A stretch of DNA of 64,000 nt from Octopus sinensis (lineage: Eukaryota), in assembly GCF_006345805.1 (NCBI RefSeq), contig NC_043022.1:20150001-20214000 (forward strand), written 5' to 3'. Of the stretch, positions 36,961-49,319 are shown piece by piece (the stretch's first letter is position 1; each line of letters opens with the position of its first letter). Made by a program: the position numbers and the translations under genes. A model generated the notes under the pieces. The model was not told the origin of the DNA and did no database searches. It saw nothing but the letters and a program-made list of their open reading frames with translations.

Positions 36961-37073
36961 AATCCAAGACTATATGGTTGCAAAGCTATCCTTCTATAGC
37001 CTCAGGCTGACCAAAACCTTCTGAGTAGATTTCATAGATGGAAACTGATGTATTTGTGTGTGTATGTATATAT

Positions 37074-37380
37074 GTGGAGGCGCAATGGCCCAGTGGTTAG
37101 GGCAGCGGACTCGCGGTCATAGGATCGCGGTTTTGATTCCCAGATCAGGCGTTGTGAGTGTTTATTGAGCGAAAACACCTAAAAGCTCCATGAGGCTCCG
37201 GCAGTGTGTGGTGATCGCTGCTGTACTCTATCACCACTCTTTCTCCCACTCTTTCTTCTGTTGGCCTGCTCGCTTAGCCAGCGGGGTGGCGTCATTCGAA
37301 GGATAAAACAATGCGAACGCATTGTGACCAGTGATGTGTAACTACATCTGATGGACTGGTCAGTCATGTGATCACGTGAT
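37074..37380 (+). mobile_element. tRNA(Arg)-like SINE family C
   Basis: Head gtggaggcgcaatggcccagtggttagggcagcggactcgcggtc...ggttttgattccc. Confidence 0.8.
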
Positions 37381-37519
37381 GTATATATGTATGTCTCTTT
37401 GTATGTGTGTGTGTGCACACGCGTGTGTGTGTGTCCACCACTTGACGTACTTGTAACTTAACAATTCGGTAAAAGGAGACCTATAGAATATGCAAGTACT
37501 AGGGTAAATCCTAGTACCC

Positions 37520-37777
37520 CAACATGTAAAGTGGTTGGCACTTGGAAGGGCATCAAGCTGTAAAAACCATGCCAGCACTGACCTCGCCTGTGCTGGTGTC
37601 TCGTGAAATGTACTCAGTCCACACTGCAGGGTGGTTGGTGTTAGGAAGGGCATCCAATCATAAAAACGTGAAAACAGACACAGAAGCCTGGTGTAGTCTT
37701 CTACCTGGTCAGCACCTGTCAAACCATCCAGCCCATGCCAGCATGGAAGGTGGATATTAAACAATGACGATGATGAT
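37520..37777 (+). mobile_element. RTE-LINE 3' end fragment
   Basis: cccatgccagcatggaa plus (gat)n tail. Confidence 0.7.
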
Positions 37778-37819
37778 ATATGTATATGTGTGTGTGTATA
37801 GTATATATAATGTGTATGT

Positions 37820-38050
37820 AAGGCGGCGAGTTGGCAGAAACGTTAGCGCGCCGGGCGAAATGCTTAGCGGTATTTCATCTGTCGTTATGTTCTGAGTTCA
37901 AATTCCACCGAGGTCAACTTTGCCTTTCATCTTTTCGGGGTCGATAAGTAAAGTACCAGTTTCGCACTGGGGTCGATGTAATCGACTTAATCCATTTGTC
38001 TGTCCTTGTTTGTCCCCTCTATGTTTAGCCCCTTGTGGACAGTAAAGAAA
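37820..38050 (+). mobile_element. SINE family B, full length
   Basis: Head, core and tail. Confidence 0.88.
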
Positions 38051-38069
38051 TATATATATATAATGTGTA

Positions 38070-38108
<39 letters not shown>

Positions 38109-38111
<3 letters not shown>

Positions 38112-38283
38112 GGAGTAAACACATAAATGTGAAACAAGGTGGAAAAAAGAGTACTCAAATACTAGTGGTAGAGTAATATGCTTTATTTAAAAGCAGCAGA
38201 AAATTCAACAAAAACCTGTTACTCTGAGTTTCACGTTCCCGTTCGTCGAATTTTTGTTGAATTTTCTGTTGCTTTTAAATAAA

Positions 38284-38289
<6 letters not shown>
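38109..38289. mobile_element. Second family P3 fold-back, hammerhead-like motif on minus strand 38216-38249
   Basis: Inverted arms 38176-38214 and 38251-38289; minus strand tCGACGA-acg-ggaa-cgt-GAAAC-tcaga-GTA-acag; flanked by (TA)n both sides. Confidence 0.6.
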
Positions 38290-38326
<37 letters not shown>

Positions 38327-38404
38327 TATATATTCTTTTATTCTTTTATTAGTTTCAGTTATTTGACTGTGGTCATACTGGAGCACCACCTATATATATA
38401 TATA

Positions 38405-38633
38405 TATATTTCTTTACTGTCCACAAGGGGCTAAACATAGAGGGGACAAACAAGGACAGACAAAGGGATTAAGTTGATTACATCAACCCCAGTGCATAAC
38501 TGGTACTTAATTTATCGACCCCGAAAGGATGAAAGGCAAAGTCGACCTCGGCGGAATTTGAACTCAGAACGTAACGACAGACGAAATACCGCTAAGCATT
38601 TCGCCCAGCGCGCTAACGCTTCTGCCAGCTCGC
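38405..38633 (-). mobile_element. SINE family B
   Basis: Reverse complement of consensus. Confidence 0.88.
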
Positions 38634-39281
38634 AATATTATTATATATATATATATAAAATATATATATATATATATATTATATATTATATATCCCTACC
38701 TCTCTCTATTCTCTAGTTCTCCTTTTTTTTCCTTTCCTATTTATCTCCCTTTTCCTCCTTCACTCTCTATCCTCATTTCCTCCACACTCTCCTCTTATCC
38801 ATTCTATACACTAATCACAAACACAATTAGGCTCCCAACAACAGGAATATTCCAGGGCAGTGAGCCACTCACCTTCCTCGGCTTTCTCTCATCTCTGTCT
38901 CTCTCCCCCCCCACCTTTCCATTTCTCTTCCCCCTCCTCCCTACCTTTACCCCACCCTCCCTTACATTGTGCTGATTATCTGATTAGCAGTTCCTGTTAA
39001 CCCCATTCACTGTTCTCTGTGTATGTGTGTGTTAGTGACTGAGTGTGTGTGCGTTCTCACACACACACATGCACACACACACACACACGCACACGTATGT
39101 ATACAAAATTCCTAACTGTCTGCTGTATATAACAAACTTCAGTTATATTGCCAAGTTAGCTGCCAGATTCTCCTACAGTCCACTGAATTGAGCCAACTGA
39201 CTAGTCGAGCCTCTGTGTGTCCGATCAACCTGCTAAAAATTGGAGCCAAATTACCCTCAAATCACACGCTCAGCCATTTAA

Positions 39282-39499
39282 CCCTTTCGTTACTGTATTT
39301 ATTTTGAGATGCTCTGTGTTCCTTTCAATTATTTTAAATATAACAAAGAATTTAGTAAAATAATTTATCATTAAGCTAGTGTTAGGAACATAAATTGCGA
39401 CTAAGGTTTGGTGGAAGATTTTAATGAAAAACTTATGAAAACAAGACATTTGTACTACAGTGTCAGAGCCGGGTTTTGGCTGGGTTGGTAACAAAAGAG
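39282..39499 (+). mobile_element. piggyBac-like MITE with TTAA TSDs
   Basis: ttaa|ccctttcgttac...gtaacaaaagag|ttaa; second copy at 60562-60767. Confidence 0.78.
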
Positions 39500-39679
39500 T
39501 TAAGAAATAAGTAAAAAGGACACATACCTAGATGAAATAATGTAGGGTGAGCCAAAAATCTTGGAAAGCTTTCAATAATTTTTTTTGAAATTCTTCTTTT
39601 GTAATTTAAATGTGAATTTTCACATGTAGCTCACATCTCTTTCCTATACATATCATATTGTATATGATACCAGGGTATT

Positions 39680-39985
39680 ATGGAGGCACATGGCCCAGTG
39701 GTTAGAGCAGTGGGCTCGCAGCCGAGGGAACGCGGGTTCGAATCTCAGACTGGGTGATGTGTCTGTTTATGAGCGAAACACTTAAGTTCCACGCAACTCT
39801 GGCAGAAGGTAATGGCGAACTTCTGCTGACTATTTCGCCACAACTTTCTCTCACTCTTTCCTCCTGTATCTTGCAGCTCACCTGCGATGGACCAGCGTCC
39901 CATCCAGGTGGGAAACTTATACGCCAAGGAAACCGGGAAATTGGCCCTTATGAGCCAGGCATGACTCAAGAAGGAACAAACTACA
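39680..39985 (+). mobile_element. SINE family C-related copy with 13-bp TSD
   Basis: ataccagggtatt at 39667-39679 and 39986-39998; tRNA-like head. Confidence 0.82.
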
Positions 39986-40073
39986 ATACCAGGGTATTGT
40001 AAATTTAAAAGCAACTTTACCTGGACTTGTACCTCAGAGGGGAACTTTCTAGGTGCAATAAAGTTATATATAA

Positions 40074-40134
<61 letters not shown>

Positions 40135-40135
<1 letters not shown>

Positions 40136-40295
40136 TGATAAAAATGGTAAGACAACAAAAGAATGAAAGAGACCTTGATATTATGTAAATAGAGGAATTT
40201 ATCTGTAAATGCAATATGTGACAATTATTCGGTAGCCATGATAAAACTCTGAGTTTAGGATGCCACCATCTCTTCAGTTATCTGGCCATTGGAAA
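40135..40295 (-). mobile_element. Putative PLE terminus (family P5), decayed hammerhead-like motif 40243-40281
   Basis: Minus strand CTGAAGA-gatg-gtgg-catc-c-TAAAC-tcagagt; preceded by long (TA)n. Confidence 0.35.
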
Positions 40296-40299
40296 AAAT

Positions 40300-40615
40300 T
40301 TTTTCTGATGACCAGATAAGAGGTCAGCTGCCATGCTGACATGAATATCTCTTTGAAAATCAAAGAGAAAGAGGCTAACTATGGACAACTGTTTCAAAAC
40401 CTTCAGCTTCTATATCCAGATTATAAATTCCCATTTGTACCAGTGATAATCAGTGCACTTGGTTTTGTGAGTAAATGCCTAAGTAACAATCCGGAAAAGC
40501 TGGGGGGGTTTCCGAAAAAGAAATCAGCCAGCTAGCTGGCACATTAGAAAGACAATCTGTAGATAGAACCTTACAAAATATGCAAATCTTTTCTCAAGTT
40601 GAATATGTGATGCTG
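40300..40615 (+). pseudogene. RLE-type (R4/Dong-like) non-LTR retrotransposon C-terminal fragment
   Basis: EVSCHADMNISLKIKEKEANYGQLFQNLQLLYPDYKFPFVPVIISALGFV matches the PD-(D/E)xK restriction-like endonuclease end (...KEK..KY..L...VPVIIGALG). Confidence 0.65.
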
Positions 40616-41129
40616 TTTTTGTTATGTACATTCCAGTGATGGAACTTCATATTTTTGTTAGAAACCAGCTCCTTTCTTACAGGAAGACTTCAAATAATTG
40701 AAAAAAAAAAAAAAAGGAAAGTGAACATGCAGACATACATGATGGCTATTGACTTACTAGATGAGTATGACCATCACTGACAAATTGTCTTGTTTCTGTG
40801 TACTTTTTGTCAGTGACCATGGGACCCACAATGGCTTTGAAATCCAGTAAGTTTTTGTTGCTGATGTGGCATTCATATTCATATGTTGCAGTTGGGTCCT
40901 CATTCTGTACTATATCTCCAGACTGTGTACTTTTGTGTGCTTTGTGAGTCCAGATCAGCTGGAAAATTCTTTATCACATGGATTGCATAATGGGTTAGCT
41001 GCTAAAAAATTGGCTGTATTCAGTCCATGGCCTCAGGGAGCTTGCGTCAGTGACTTGTGAGACCAACTCCGAAGAGGCAAATTTGTCCGCACTAAAATTT
41101 CAGTATACAATGCAAGCATCTTTACAATA

Positions 41130-41607
41130 CTGTTTTATTCCTATGAAATCAAAATCAAATTCGACGACTGGCATCCGTGCTAGCGGGGTGCAAAGGGCAC
41201 CATACGAGGCTAACCGGCTTCCGTGCCAGTGGCACATAAAAGGGTACCATTCGAGTGTGATCGTTACCAGAGCGGCTAAGTTGGCTTCAGTGCCGGTGGC
41301 ACATAAAAGGACACCATTCGAGCGTGATCGTTACCTACGTCGCCTTACTGGCACCTGTGCCGGTGGCATGTGTAAAAAGATTCAAGCGAGGTCATTGTCA
41401 GTACCGCCTGACTGGCTCCGTGCCGGTGGCACGTAAAAGGCACCCACTACACTCTCGAAGTGGTTGGCGTTAGGAAGGGCATCCAGCTGTAGAAACTCTG
41501 CCAGATCAAGATTCGAGCCTGGTTTGGCTGTCTGGTTCGCCAGCCCTCATTCAAAATCGTCCAACCCATGCTAGCATGGAAAGCGGATGTTAAATGATGA
41601 TGATGAT
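41130..41607 (+). mobile_element. RTE-LINE 3' end
   Basis: gtggcacataaaag repeats, ccaacccatgctagcatggaaagcgg, (gat)n tail. Confidence 0.78.
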
Positions 41608-41946
41608 ACTTGAGTTGTCTACTGCAGACACCTAAAAATCCTAGAACAGTTCAGGTAACAATGCTTTTGTAACATTCTAGCTGTTCGCTGGAGTACACAC
41701 ATGCCTGGTTGTGAAGCACCTCAAAATACTGATGCCCTCAACAATAAAGCTCACACCCATAAACATACACACATAGTTAGACGTTGTTAGACATTCCGAA
41801 AATTCTTTTGATGATTGAATGAATGCACATGCTTGACTGTGTGCATGGAATGTTCATACAACACACCAACTCAACCACAGGATTTACAAACACCAGTTTG
41901 TACTCTCATAAGCTGAACTTGAATAAAAAAGAAAAACATACATTGA

Positions 41947-42640
41947 CTGTGTGGTAAGTAACTTGCTTACCAACCACATGCTTCCGGGTTCAGTCCCACT
42001 GCGTGTCTTCTACTGTAGCCTCGGGTCGACCAAAGCCTTGTGAGTGGATTTGGTGGATTTGGTAGCCGGAAACTGAAAGAAACCCATCGTATATATATAT
42101 ATATATATATATATTACGGAGATGTACTCGCATAGCAAGTGATTTGATCTGAGATCGTGTGCTGGAACAAAAACAATTGCAGCGTGGAAGGTGTTTGTAA
42201 GCCATTTAAGAAACACACAAAAACCGTTCGATTCACTTCAACATTTAAGTTGAACTTAAATGTTGAAGTGAATCGAACGGTTCCTGGTTCAGTCCCGCTG
42301 TATGACACCTTGGGCAAGTGTCGTCTACTATGGCTTTGGATTAACCAATGCCTTGTGAGTGAATTTGGTGGATAGAAACTGAAAGAAGCCCATTTTATGT
42401 AAATAAATATATATATCTATTTTGTGTGTATGTGTGTGTTCCCCACCATTACTTGACACTTGATGTTGGTGTGTTTACATCCCCATGACTTCCTGGTTCA
42501 GATAAAGAGACTGGTAGAATACACACCAGACTTTAAGAAAAAAAAATAAGTACATAAGTCAATTCTTTTGACTAAAATTTTCCTCAAGCCGGTGCTTCAG
42601 CATGGCCACATTCCAATGACTGAAAGAAGTAGAAGATAAA
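41947..42640 (+). mobile_element. Two partial SINE family A copies separated by an unrelated repeat fragment (42112-42282)
   Basis: Head motifs at 41947 and 42283. Confidence 0.6.
42222..42282. repeat. Perfect 30-bp inverted repeat with 1-nt spacer
   Basis: aaccgttcgattcacttcaacatttaagtt-g-aacttaaatgttgaagtgaatcgaacggtt. Confidence 0.95.
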
Positions 42641-42711
42641 AGATATATACATACATACATGCACACACACTCACACAGACATACATACACATTCACACAT
42701 ACATACATGCA

Positions 42712-42752
<41 letters not shown>

Positions 42753-42794
42753 TCATAGATACATATGTATATACATGCACACACATGCTTATAT

Positions 42795-43520
42795 AAAAAG
42801 ACTCCCTTTGGTCATGAATGACCATGGGTTTGCACCTAGAAAATTTCCCTCTGAGCCACAGGTCTAGGCAAGATTGTTTATGGAAGACCCATGCATACCA
42901 GTCTCACCTTTACACACCATTATATTTACATAGGGTAAAGGGTAAAGACCCCTTTCAGTCATGAATGACCATGGTGTTGGACATAGAAAGTTATCCTCTG
43001 AGCCACAAGTCCGGGCAAGGTTGTTTATGGAAGACCAGCAGTCCCCCATGCATACCTATTTCTTTATTACCCACAAGGGGCTAAACATAGAGGGGACAAA
43101 CAAGGACTGACATAGGTATTAAGTCGATTACATCGACCCCAGTGCGTAACTGGTACTTAATTTATCGACCCCGAAAGGATGAAAGGCAAAGTGGACCTCG
43201 GCGGAATTTGAACTCAGAACGTAGCGGCAGACGAAATACCGCTAAGCATTTCGTCTGGCGCGCTAACGATTCTGCCAGCTCACCCCCATGCATACCAGCC
43301 CCCTGCTCTCTACGCCACCAGTGTTATCCAAGAGAAAGGCAAAGGCCAATACAGCATGGCACGAATGATGTAACTCTCTTCCACAGCTGAGCAAACAGGA
43401 GCAACCATGAAATGAAGTGTCTTGCTCAAGAACACAACACATAGCCCAGTCCAGGAATCAAACTCATAACTTCATAATTATGAGCCTGGTGCTCTAACCA
43501 CTGAGCCATGTCCCTTCATA
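42795..43520 (-). mobile_element. tRNA-derived SINE family D (tail duplicated), interrupted by a family B SINE
   Basis: Reverse complement matches the plus copy at 60887-61135. Confidence 0.7.
43057..43282 (-). mobile_element. SINE family B with 14-bp TSD
   Basis: cccccatgcatacc at 43043-43056 and 43283-43296. Confidence 0.9.
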
Positions 43521-43539
43521 CATATATAGTTAATCCAAA

Positions 43540-43742
43540 CAAGAAAACACAAAAAAAAACACAACAACGCGAGGACGTGGAACAAATATAGTATTATTGG
43601 ACACTCAGGAAAGAAGGGAAGAAGGAGGGTTTAACGTTTCGAGCGGAGCTCTTCGTCGGAAACATAGGAGAAGGAAAGATCCAGAGAAGAGAAGACAGAG
43701 GAAAAAAAGTCGCCAATGGTACACACGAGGTCACATTTGTAT
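43540..43742 (-). mobile_element. Family P2 repeat with hammerhead-like motif 43628-43664
   Basis: Minus strand ttt-CCGACGA-a-gagc-tcc-gctc-GAAAC-GT-TA-aac. Confidence 0.5.
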
Positions 43743-44020
43743 ATACACACACATATACAATGACTGGGGCTGTATTGGAACCAGTTACACATTGCACTGG
43801 ATCATTACACTAAGTACATAAAAATTTTCAAAACCTAACACTCCCACAGTTTTCATATATTTCCACCACTCTCATTAATTACCATAATTATTGCAAAGAA
43901 ATAACAATTATATATATTTTCATACTAGACTTAACCAATTTGAAAAACAAGATATATTTTTTTTCTCATTTTTCTAATTTTTCTTTCTTTTTTTTTTTTT
44001 CTTAATTATCAAGCTTTTAC

Positions 44021-44418
44021 TTACTCTTTTACTCTTTTACATGTTTCAGTCATTTGACTGCGGCCATGCTGGAGCACTGCTTTTAATCAAGCAATTCGAC
44101 CCCGGGACTTATTCTTTTGTAAGCCCAGTACTTATTCTATCGGTCTCTTTTGCCGAACTGCTAAGTGACGGGGACGTAAACACACCAGCATCGGTTGTCA
44201 AGCAATGCTAGGGGGACAAACACATACACACACATATACATATATATACATATATACGACAGGCTTCTTTCAGTTTCCGTCTACCAAATCCACTCACAAG
44301 GCATTGGTCTGCCCGGGGCTATAGCAGAAGACACTTGCCCAAGATGCCACGCAGTGGGACTGAACCTGGAACCATGTGGTTGTTTAGCAAGCTATTTACC
44401 ACAGCCACTCCTGTGCCT
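44021..44418 (-). mobile_element. SINE family A, full length
   Basis: High identity to other copies. Confidence 0.9.
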
Positions 44419-44785
44419 ATATTTACTTGTCTATATTTATTTATACATTTTCCCCTTGTTTTGCTTGGTGTTTGGTGAATAATAGCATTATTAGTTACTT
44501 GTTTCCTTTCAGCTAATTTATTAGGGCAAGAGTGACAAGGGAGCACCTCTGCTACTCACGGAGGAACAAATACCACCTCCACCATCACCACCGTTATCAT
44601 AATTTTTTTTTTTTTTTTTGGTGTGTGTGTGTGAGCGGTGGAGGGATTGGGTAGCATTCTATGCTTTCATATTGGTTCTTTGTCCTTTTCCTTTTATCTT
44701 TCACTTGTTTCAATCATTGAACCACAACCATGCTTGGGCATAATCTTGAAGAGTTTTACTTGAACAAATTGACCCCAGGACTTAC

Positions 44786-44987
44786 TCTCTTTTCCTTGTT
44801 TCAGTCATTTGACTGCGGCCATGCTGGAGCACCGCCTTTAGTCTAGCAAATCGATCCCGGGACTTATTCTTTGTAAGCCCAGTACTTATTCTATCGGTCT
44901 CTTTTGCCGAACCGCTAAGTGACGGGGACGTAAACACACCAGCATCGGTTGTCAAGCAATGCTAGGGGGAGAAACACAGATACACAA

Positions 44988-45020
<33 letters not shown>

Positions 45021-45030
45021 CATATATACG
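44786..45030 (-). mobile_element. SINE family A, 3' part
   Basis: Tail and body only. Confidence 0.8.
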
Positions 45031-45330
45031 ACTTATTTCCTTATTTTATTTTATTTTATTTTTTTTTTTGCAGTCTGGTACTTATTCTATCTGTCTCTTT
45101 TCCAAACCGATACACTATGGACAAGGGGTGTAAACAAACAGTAAATGGTTATTAAACACCAGTGGAGAACAAACTTAAACACAGTTATATACATAGATGC
45201 TTACATACATATATACAGATTGACTTTTGCTTTTCATCCTTTTGGTGGGGTCGATGAAAAAAGTACCAGTTAAGCAGTGGGGTTGATGTAACTGGCTTAT
45301 CCCCTTCCCCAAAATTGTAGGCCTTGTGTC

Positions 45331-45534
45331 AAAATTTGAAACCAATATATGTCTGCATGCATGTGTGTGTGTGTATGTGTGTGTATTCATGCACACACTG
45401 CATATGTATTTGCTGGCTCTCTCAGCCATATCAGGGCAATTACCCCCACTTCAACCCCAGGACAATTCCCCCTGACAATTACCCCCCACCTTGGTTAATT
45501 ACCCCCTCTCTAATATATTACGAATTTTTAATTC
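45331..45534 (+). repeat. ~200-bp near-identical direct duplication, copy 1 (copy 2 at 46740-46941)
   Basis: aaatttgaaaccaatatatgtctgcatgc...ttaattaccccctctctaata present twice. Confidence 0.88.
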
Positions 45535-45927
45535 ATAATCTGTTGTCCTCAGGGGTAATTATTCTTGGTGGGGTTATTGTCCATGGTTAAATGTCCTAGA
45601 CTCCTCTCAGCTATACAAGCATTAGAACACATATCTTAAAATGTTTTTCCTTTCTTCTTTCTCCCTTTCTTTACTTTCCTTGTTTATGCAGTTAATTGGT
45701 GCAAACGAGAAAGTGATTTGAAAAAATATGCATTATTCACATGTCGTAATTGTCTATATAATTTGTTCCTGAACATTCCCGGGGAAATGCCTGCTGGTGT
45801 ATAAATATATATGACCTCTTCATTTGAAACCAGTTTGATAAGTGCCATCGCACAAAGCTCTCAGCCCTTCACTCACTTTACCTCTACCGATTATTAATAA
45901 AAAAAATTATGGATATACATATATAAT

Positions 45928-46336
45928 AGGCGCAGGAGTGGCTGTGTGGTAAGTAGCTTGCTAACCAACCACATGGTTCCGGGTTCAGTCCCACTGCGTG
46001 GCATCTTGGGCAAGTGTCTTCTGCTATAGCCCCGGCCCGACCAATGCCTTGTGAGTGGATTTGGTAGACGGAAACTGAAAGAAGCCTGTCGTATATATGT
46101 ATATATATATATGTGTGTGTAAGTGTTTGTGTGTCTGTGTTTGTCCCCCTAGCATTGCTTGACAACCGATGCTGATGTGTTTACGTCCCTGTCACTTAGC
46201 GGTTCGGCAAAAGAGACCGATAGAATAAGTACTAGGCTTACAAAGAATAAGTCCCGGGATCGATTTGCTCGACTAAAGGCGGTGCTCCAGCATGGCCGCA
46301 GACAAATCACTGAAACAAGTAAAAGAGAGTAAAGAG
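45928..46336 (+). mobile_element. SINE family A, full length
   Basis: High identity to other copies. Confidence 0.9.
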
Positions 46337-46339
46337 TAA

Positions 46340-46458
46340 TAGGCTGTGTGGTAAGAAACTTGCTACCCAACCACATGGTTCTGGGTTCAGTCTCCCTGTT
46401 TGATACCTTGAGCAAGTGTCTTCTACTATAGCCTCGCCCAGTCATGTATATGTGTATG

Positions 46459-46489
<31 letters not shown>

Positions 46490-46715
46490 GTGTGTGCGTA
46501 TCTTTGTGTCTGTGTTTGTCCTCCCATCACCATTTGACAACTGGTGTCGGTGTGTTTTTGCTCTCATAACTTAGCAGTTTGGCAAAAGAGACCGATAGAA
46601 TAAGAACTAGGCTTAAAAGAGAAGTCCCATGGTCAATTTGTTCGGCTAAAATCCTTCAGAGTGGTGCTCCAGCGTGGCCACAGTCAAATGCTTAAAACAT
46701 GTAAAAGAATAAAAG
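46340..46715 (+). mobile_element. SINE family A, diverged
   Basis: Head and tail motifs. Confidence 0.7.
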
Positions 46716-46739
46716 AATAATCCCATCACATTGGAATCT

Positions 46740-46941
46740 AAATTTGAAACCAATATATGTCTGCATGCATGTGTGTGTGTGTGTATGTGTGTGTGTGTGT
46801 ATGTGTGTGTATTCATGCACACACTGCATATGTATTTACTGGCTCTCTCAGCCATATCAGGGCAATTACCCCCACTTCAACCCCAGGACAATTCCCCCTG
46901 ACAATTACCCCCCACCTTGGTTAATTACCCCCTCTCTAATA
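46740..46941 (+). repeat. Direct duplication, copy 2
   Basis: See 45331-45534. Confidence 0.88.
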
Positions 46942-47488
46942 CATCATAGACTAGCAGTATAGCTGCTTGGGTTTGTTTTGACCTTTTAGAATTGGAATTT
47001 TTGAAAAGCTTCTCACAACAAAGTCCCACCTGCATCCAGTTCACTGAAGATTAAAAACTAGATAATCATATTCTGAATACCTTTGATTGAAAGATTAGGA
47101 CTGACCTGGGAGCTGAACAGCAACAACACCCAATACCCTAAACTTTAGATTGTTGAAACAAGCAAAAGAGGAGCAGTTTGTTTAATAAGAATAAGGGTCT
47201 TTTCATTTTGCTAAAGATTTCTCTCTGTTGCTTTTAGTTCCTCTTGGCCCCTTGTCCTCCTCTCCCTCACATTAATTCAGTTCAGACAACTTGAAGAGTT
47301 TATAGGTCTTCACTCAGTCTTTAGACCTCTCCCTCTATGTACTCCTTTTCCTCTCTTGCCTTTTTACTCTCCTCCTCTCTCTTGTACTCTCTTTGTTCTT
47401 CTTTCTCTGTCTATGTCTCCCTTACAGATAACTACTTCAGATAACAAGAGTTTATGGGTCTTCTCCCTCTCTCTGCTCTCCTTCCTCT

Positions 47489-47520
<32 letters not shown>

Positions 47521-47679
47521 TTAATTTATTTCAGATTACTACAGAGTTTATATATGTCTTCATTGCCACACCTTTCTTTAGTCAGCCTGTGCTTCTTCTT
47601 CTCCACTGGAGTCTGAACAAGCTGACTTGCCATTGTCTTGTCTGTGACATCTGAATGACACTGGCTTGAATGATGGCAG

Positions 47680-48240
47680 TGGCTGGCGGTGATGATGGTG
47701 ATGGTGGCCAATGGCAGTGATAGTGGTGGTTGTGTGATGGTGGTGGTGGTGTGGTGGTGGTGGTGGTGATGGATGATGGTAGTGGTAGTGGTGGTGGTGG
47801 TGATGGTGGCCAATGGCAGTGGTAGTGGTGGTTGTGTGGTGGTGGTGTAGTGGTGATGGATGATGGCAGTGGCTGTGGTGGTGGTGGTGATGGTGGCCAA
47901 TGGTAGTGGTAGTGGTGGTGGTGATGGTGGCCAATGGTAGTGGTAGTGGTGGTAGTGGTGATTGTAAGGTGATGGTGGTGGTGGTGTAGTGGTGATGGAT
48001 GATGGCAGTTGTAGTGGTGGTTGTGTGGTGATGGATGGTGGTAGTGGTGATAGTGGTGGTGTAGTGGTGATGGATGATGGCAGTGGCTGTGGTGGTGGTG
48101 GTGGTGATGGTGGCCAGCAGTGATAGTGGTGGTTGTGTGGTGGTAGTGGTGATTGTGAGGTGATGGTGGTGGTGTAGTGGTGATGGATGATGGTAGGGGT
48201 AGTGGTGGTGGCTGTAGGTCATGGTTGGTGATGGTTCAGG
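47680..48240. repeat. (GGT/GAT/AGT)n compound trinucleotide repeat with recurring gtggccaatggcagt anchors
   Basis: Direct inspection. Confidence 0.88.
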
Positions 48241-48429
48241 TGTCAAGTCAAGGTAGTAAAAAGTTGTTAAGCCTCACCTAAAAGAATCCCTGTTGTATCT
48301 TTGTAGCCTTTGTTGTCTTCTTCCTTGCTTTTGTTGTTGTTGTTGCTGTTGTTATTGTTGTTATTATTGTTGTTATTATTGTTGTTGTTATTGTTGGTGG
48401 TTAATATTTTTAAATACTTTTGACAGATG

Positions 48430-49010
48430 TTATTGTGTGTGTCAGTTGATTTCTATGTGTGCTTATTGATGTGTAAATGTGTGTGTGTGTGTACCTGTTG
48501 GTTTGTATATGTGCTTGTTGATATATATTTGCATATCTGTGTGTGTGTGTGTGTGTGTTGTGTGTGTGCCTGCCTGTTGATTTCTGTCTGTGCTCATTGA
48601 TGTGTATTTGCTTATTTGTGTGTGTGTGTATGCCTGTTGATGTGTTTGTGTATATCTATTGTATATGTGTGTGCATGAACCTGTTGACATATGTGTGTAT
48701 GTGTGTGCCTGCCTGTTGATTTCTGTGTGTGCTCATTGATGTGTATCTGAATATCTTTGTGTGAGTGTGTGTGCCTGTTGATGTGTGTATATGTGTCTGT
48801 TTGTGTGTGTGTGTGTGTGTAGGCCTGTTGATGTGCTTGTGTATATCTATTGTATATGTGTGTGTATGAACCTGTTGATGTGTGTGTGTGTGCAAACATG
48901 CGTGCATGCCTGTACCTGTTAATGTGTGTGTGTGTGTGTGCGTGTGTGCATGGGTGTGTGTTTGTGTGTGTTTGCCTGTTGCTGTGTTTATGTCTGGTTG
49001 TTAATGTCAA
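48430..49010. repeat. Higher-order (TG)n repeat punctuated by cctgttga anchors
   Basis: Blocks such as gcctgcctgttgatttctgt.tgtgctcattgatgtgtat and gtgtatatctattgtatatgtgtgtg..tgaacctgttga each occur twice. Confidence 0.75.
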
Positions 49011-49319
49011 GGTGTGTCATTGACATGGCAGGTAGGTGTGTAATGACATTAAGTGGTGGTTGGTGAGAATGTTTATTTATTGTTTAAAAAGATGGATGAC
49101 CAAGAAATATCTTCCAAAACAAAACCTTAACCTCTTCACCTCTTCCCTGACAATACTGATTGGGGTAGATTGTAGAGGTTGTTTTTAAGGGAAGTTGACA
49201 CCTGAAGTTGTTAAACTATGGCAGAGTAATTAATGATAAAATCTTTTCTTTCTTACCTTGCTTATTTTTTTTTAAAGATTTAACTTTTTTGTCATATTTT
49301 TTAAAATCTTATATATTCT

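Noticed and set aside
41610-41900. Possible decayed LINE ORF2 remnant
   Set aside because: Only vague similarity by eye; cannot be supported
47526-48246. His/Thr-rich ORFs up to 222 aa
   Set aside because: Derived from (GGT/GAT)n repeats; the short unique tail (DVTDKTMASQLVQTPVEKKKHRLTKE) has only weak splice signals
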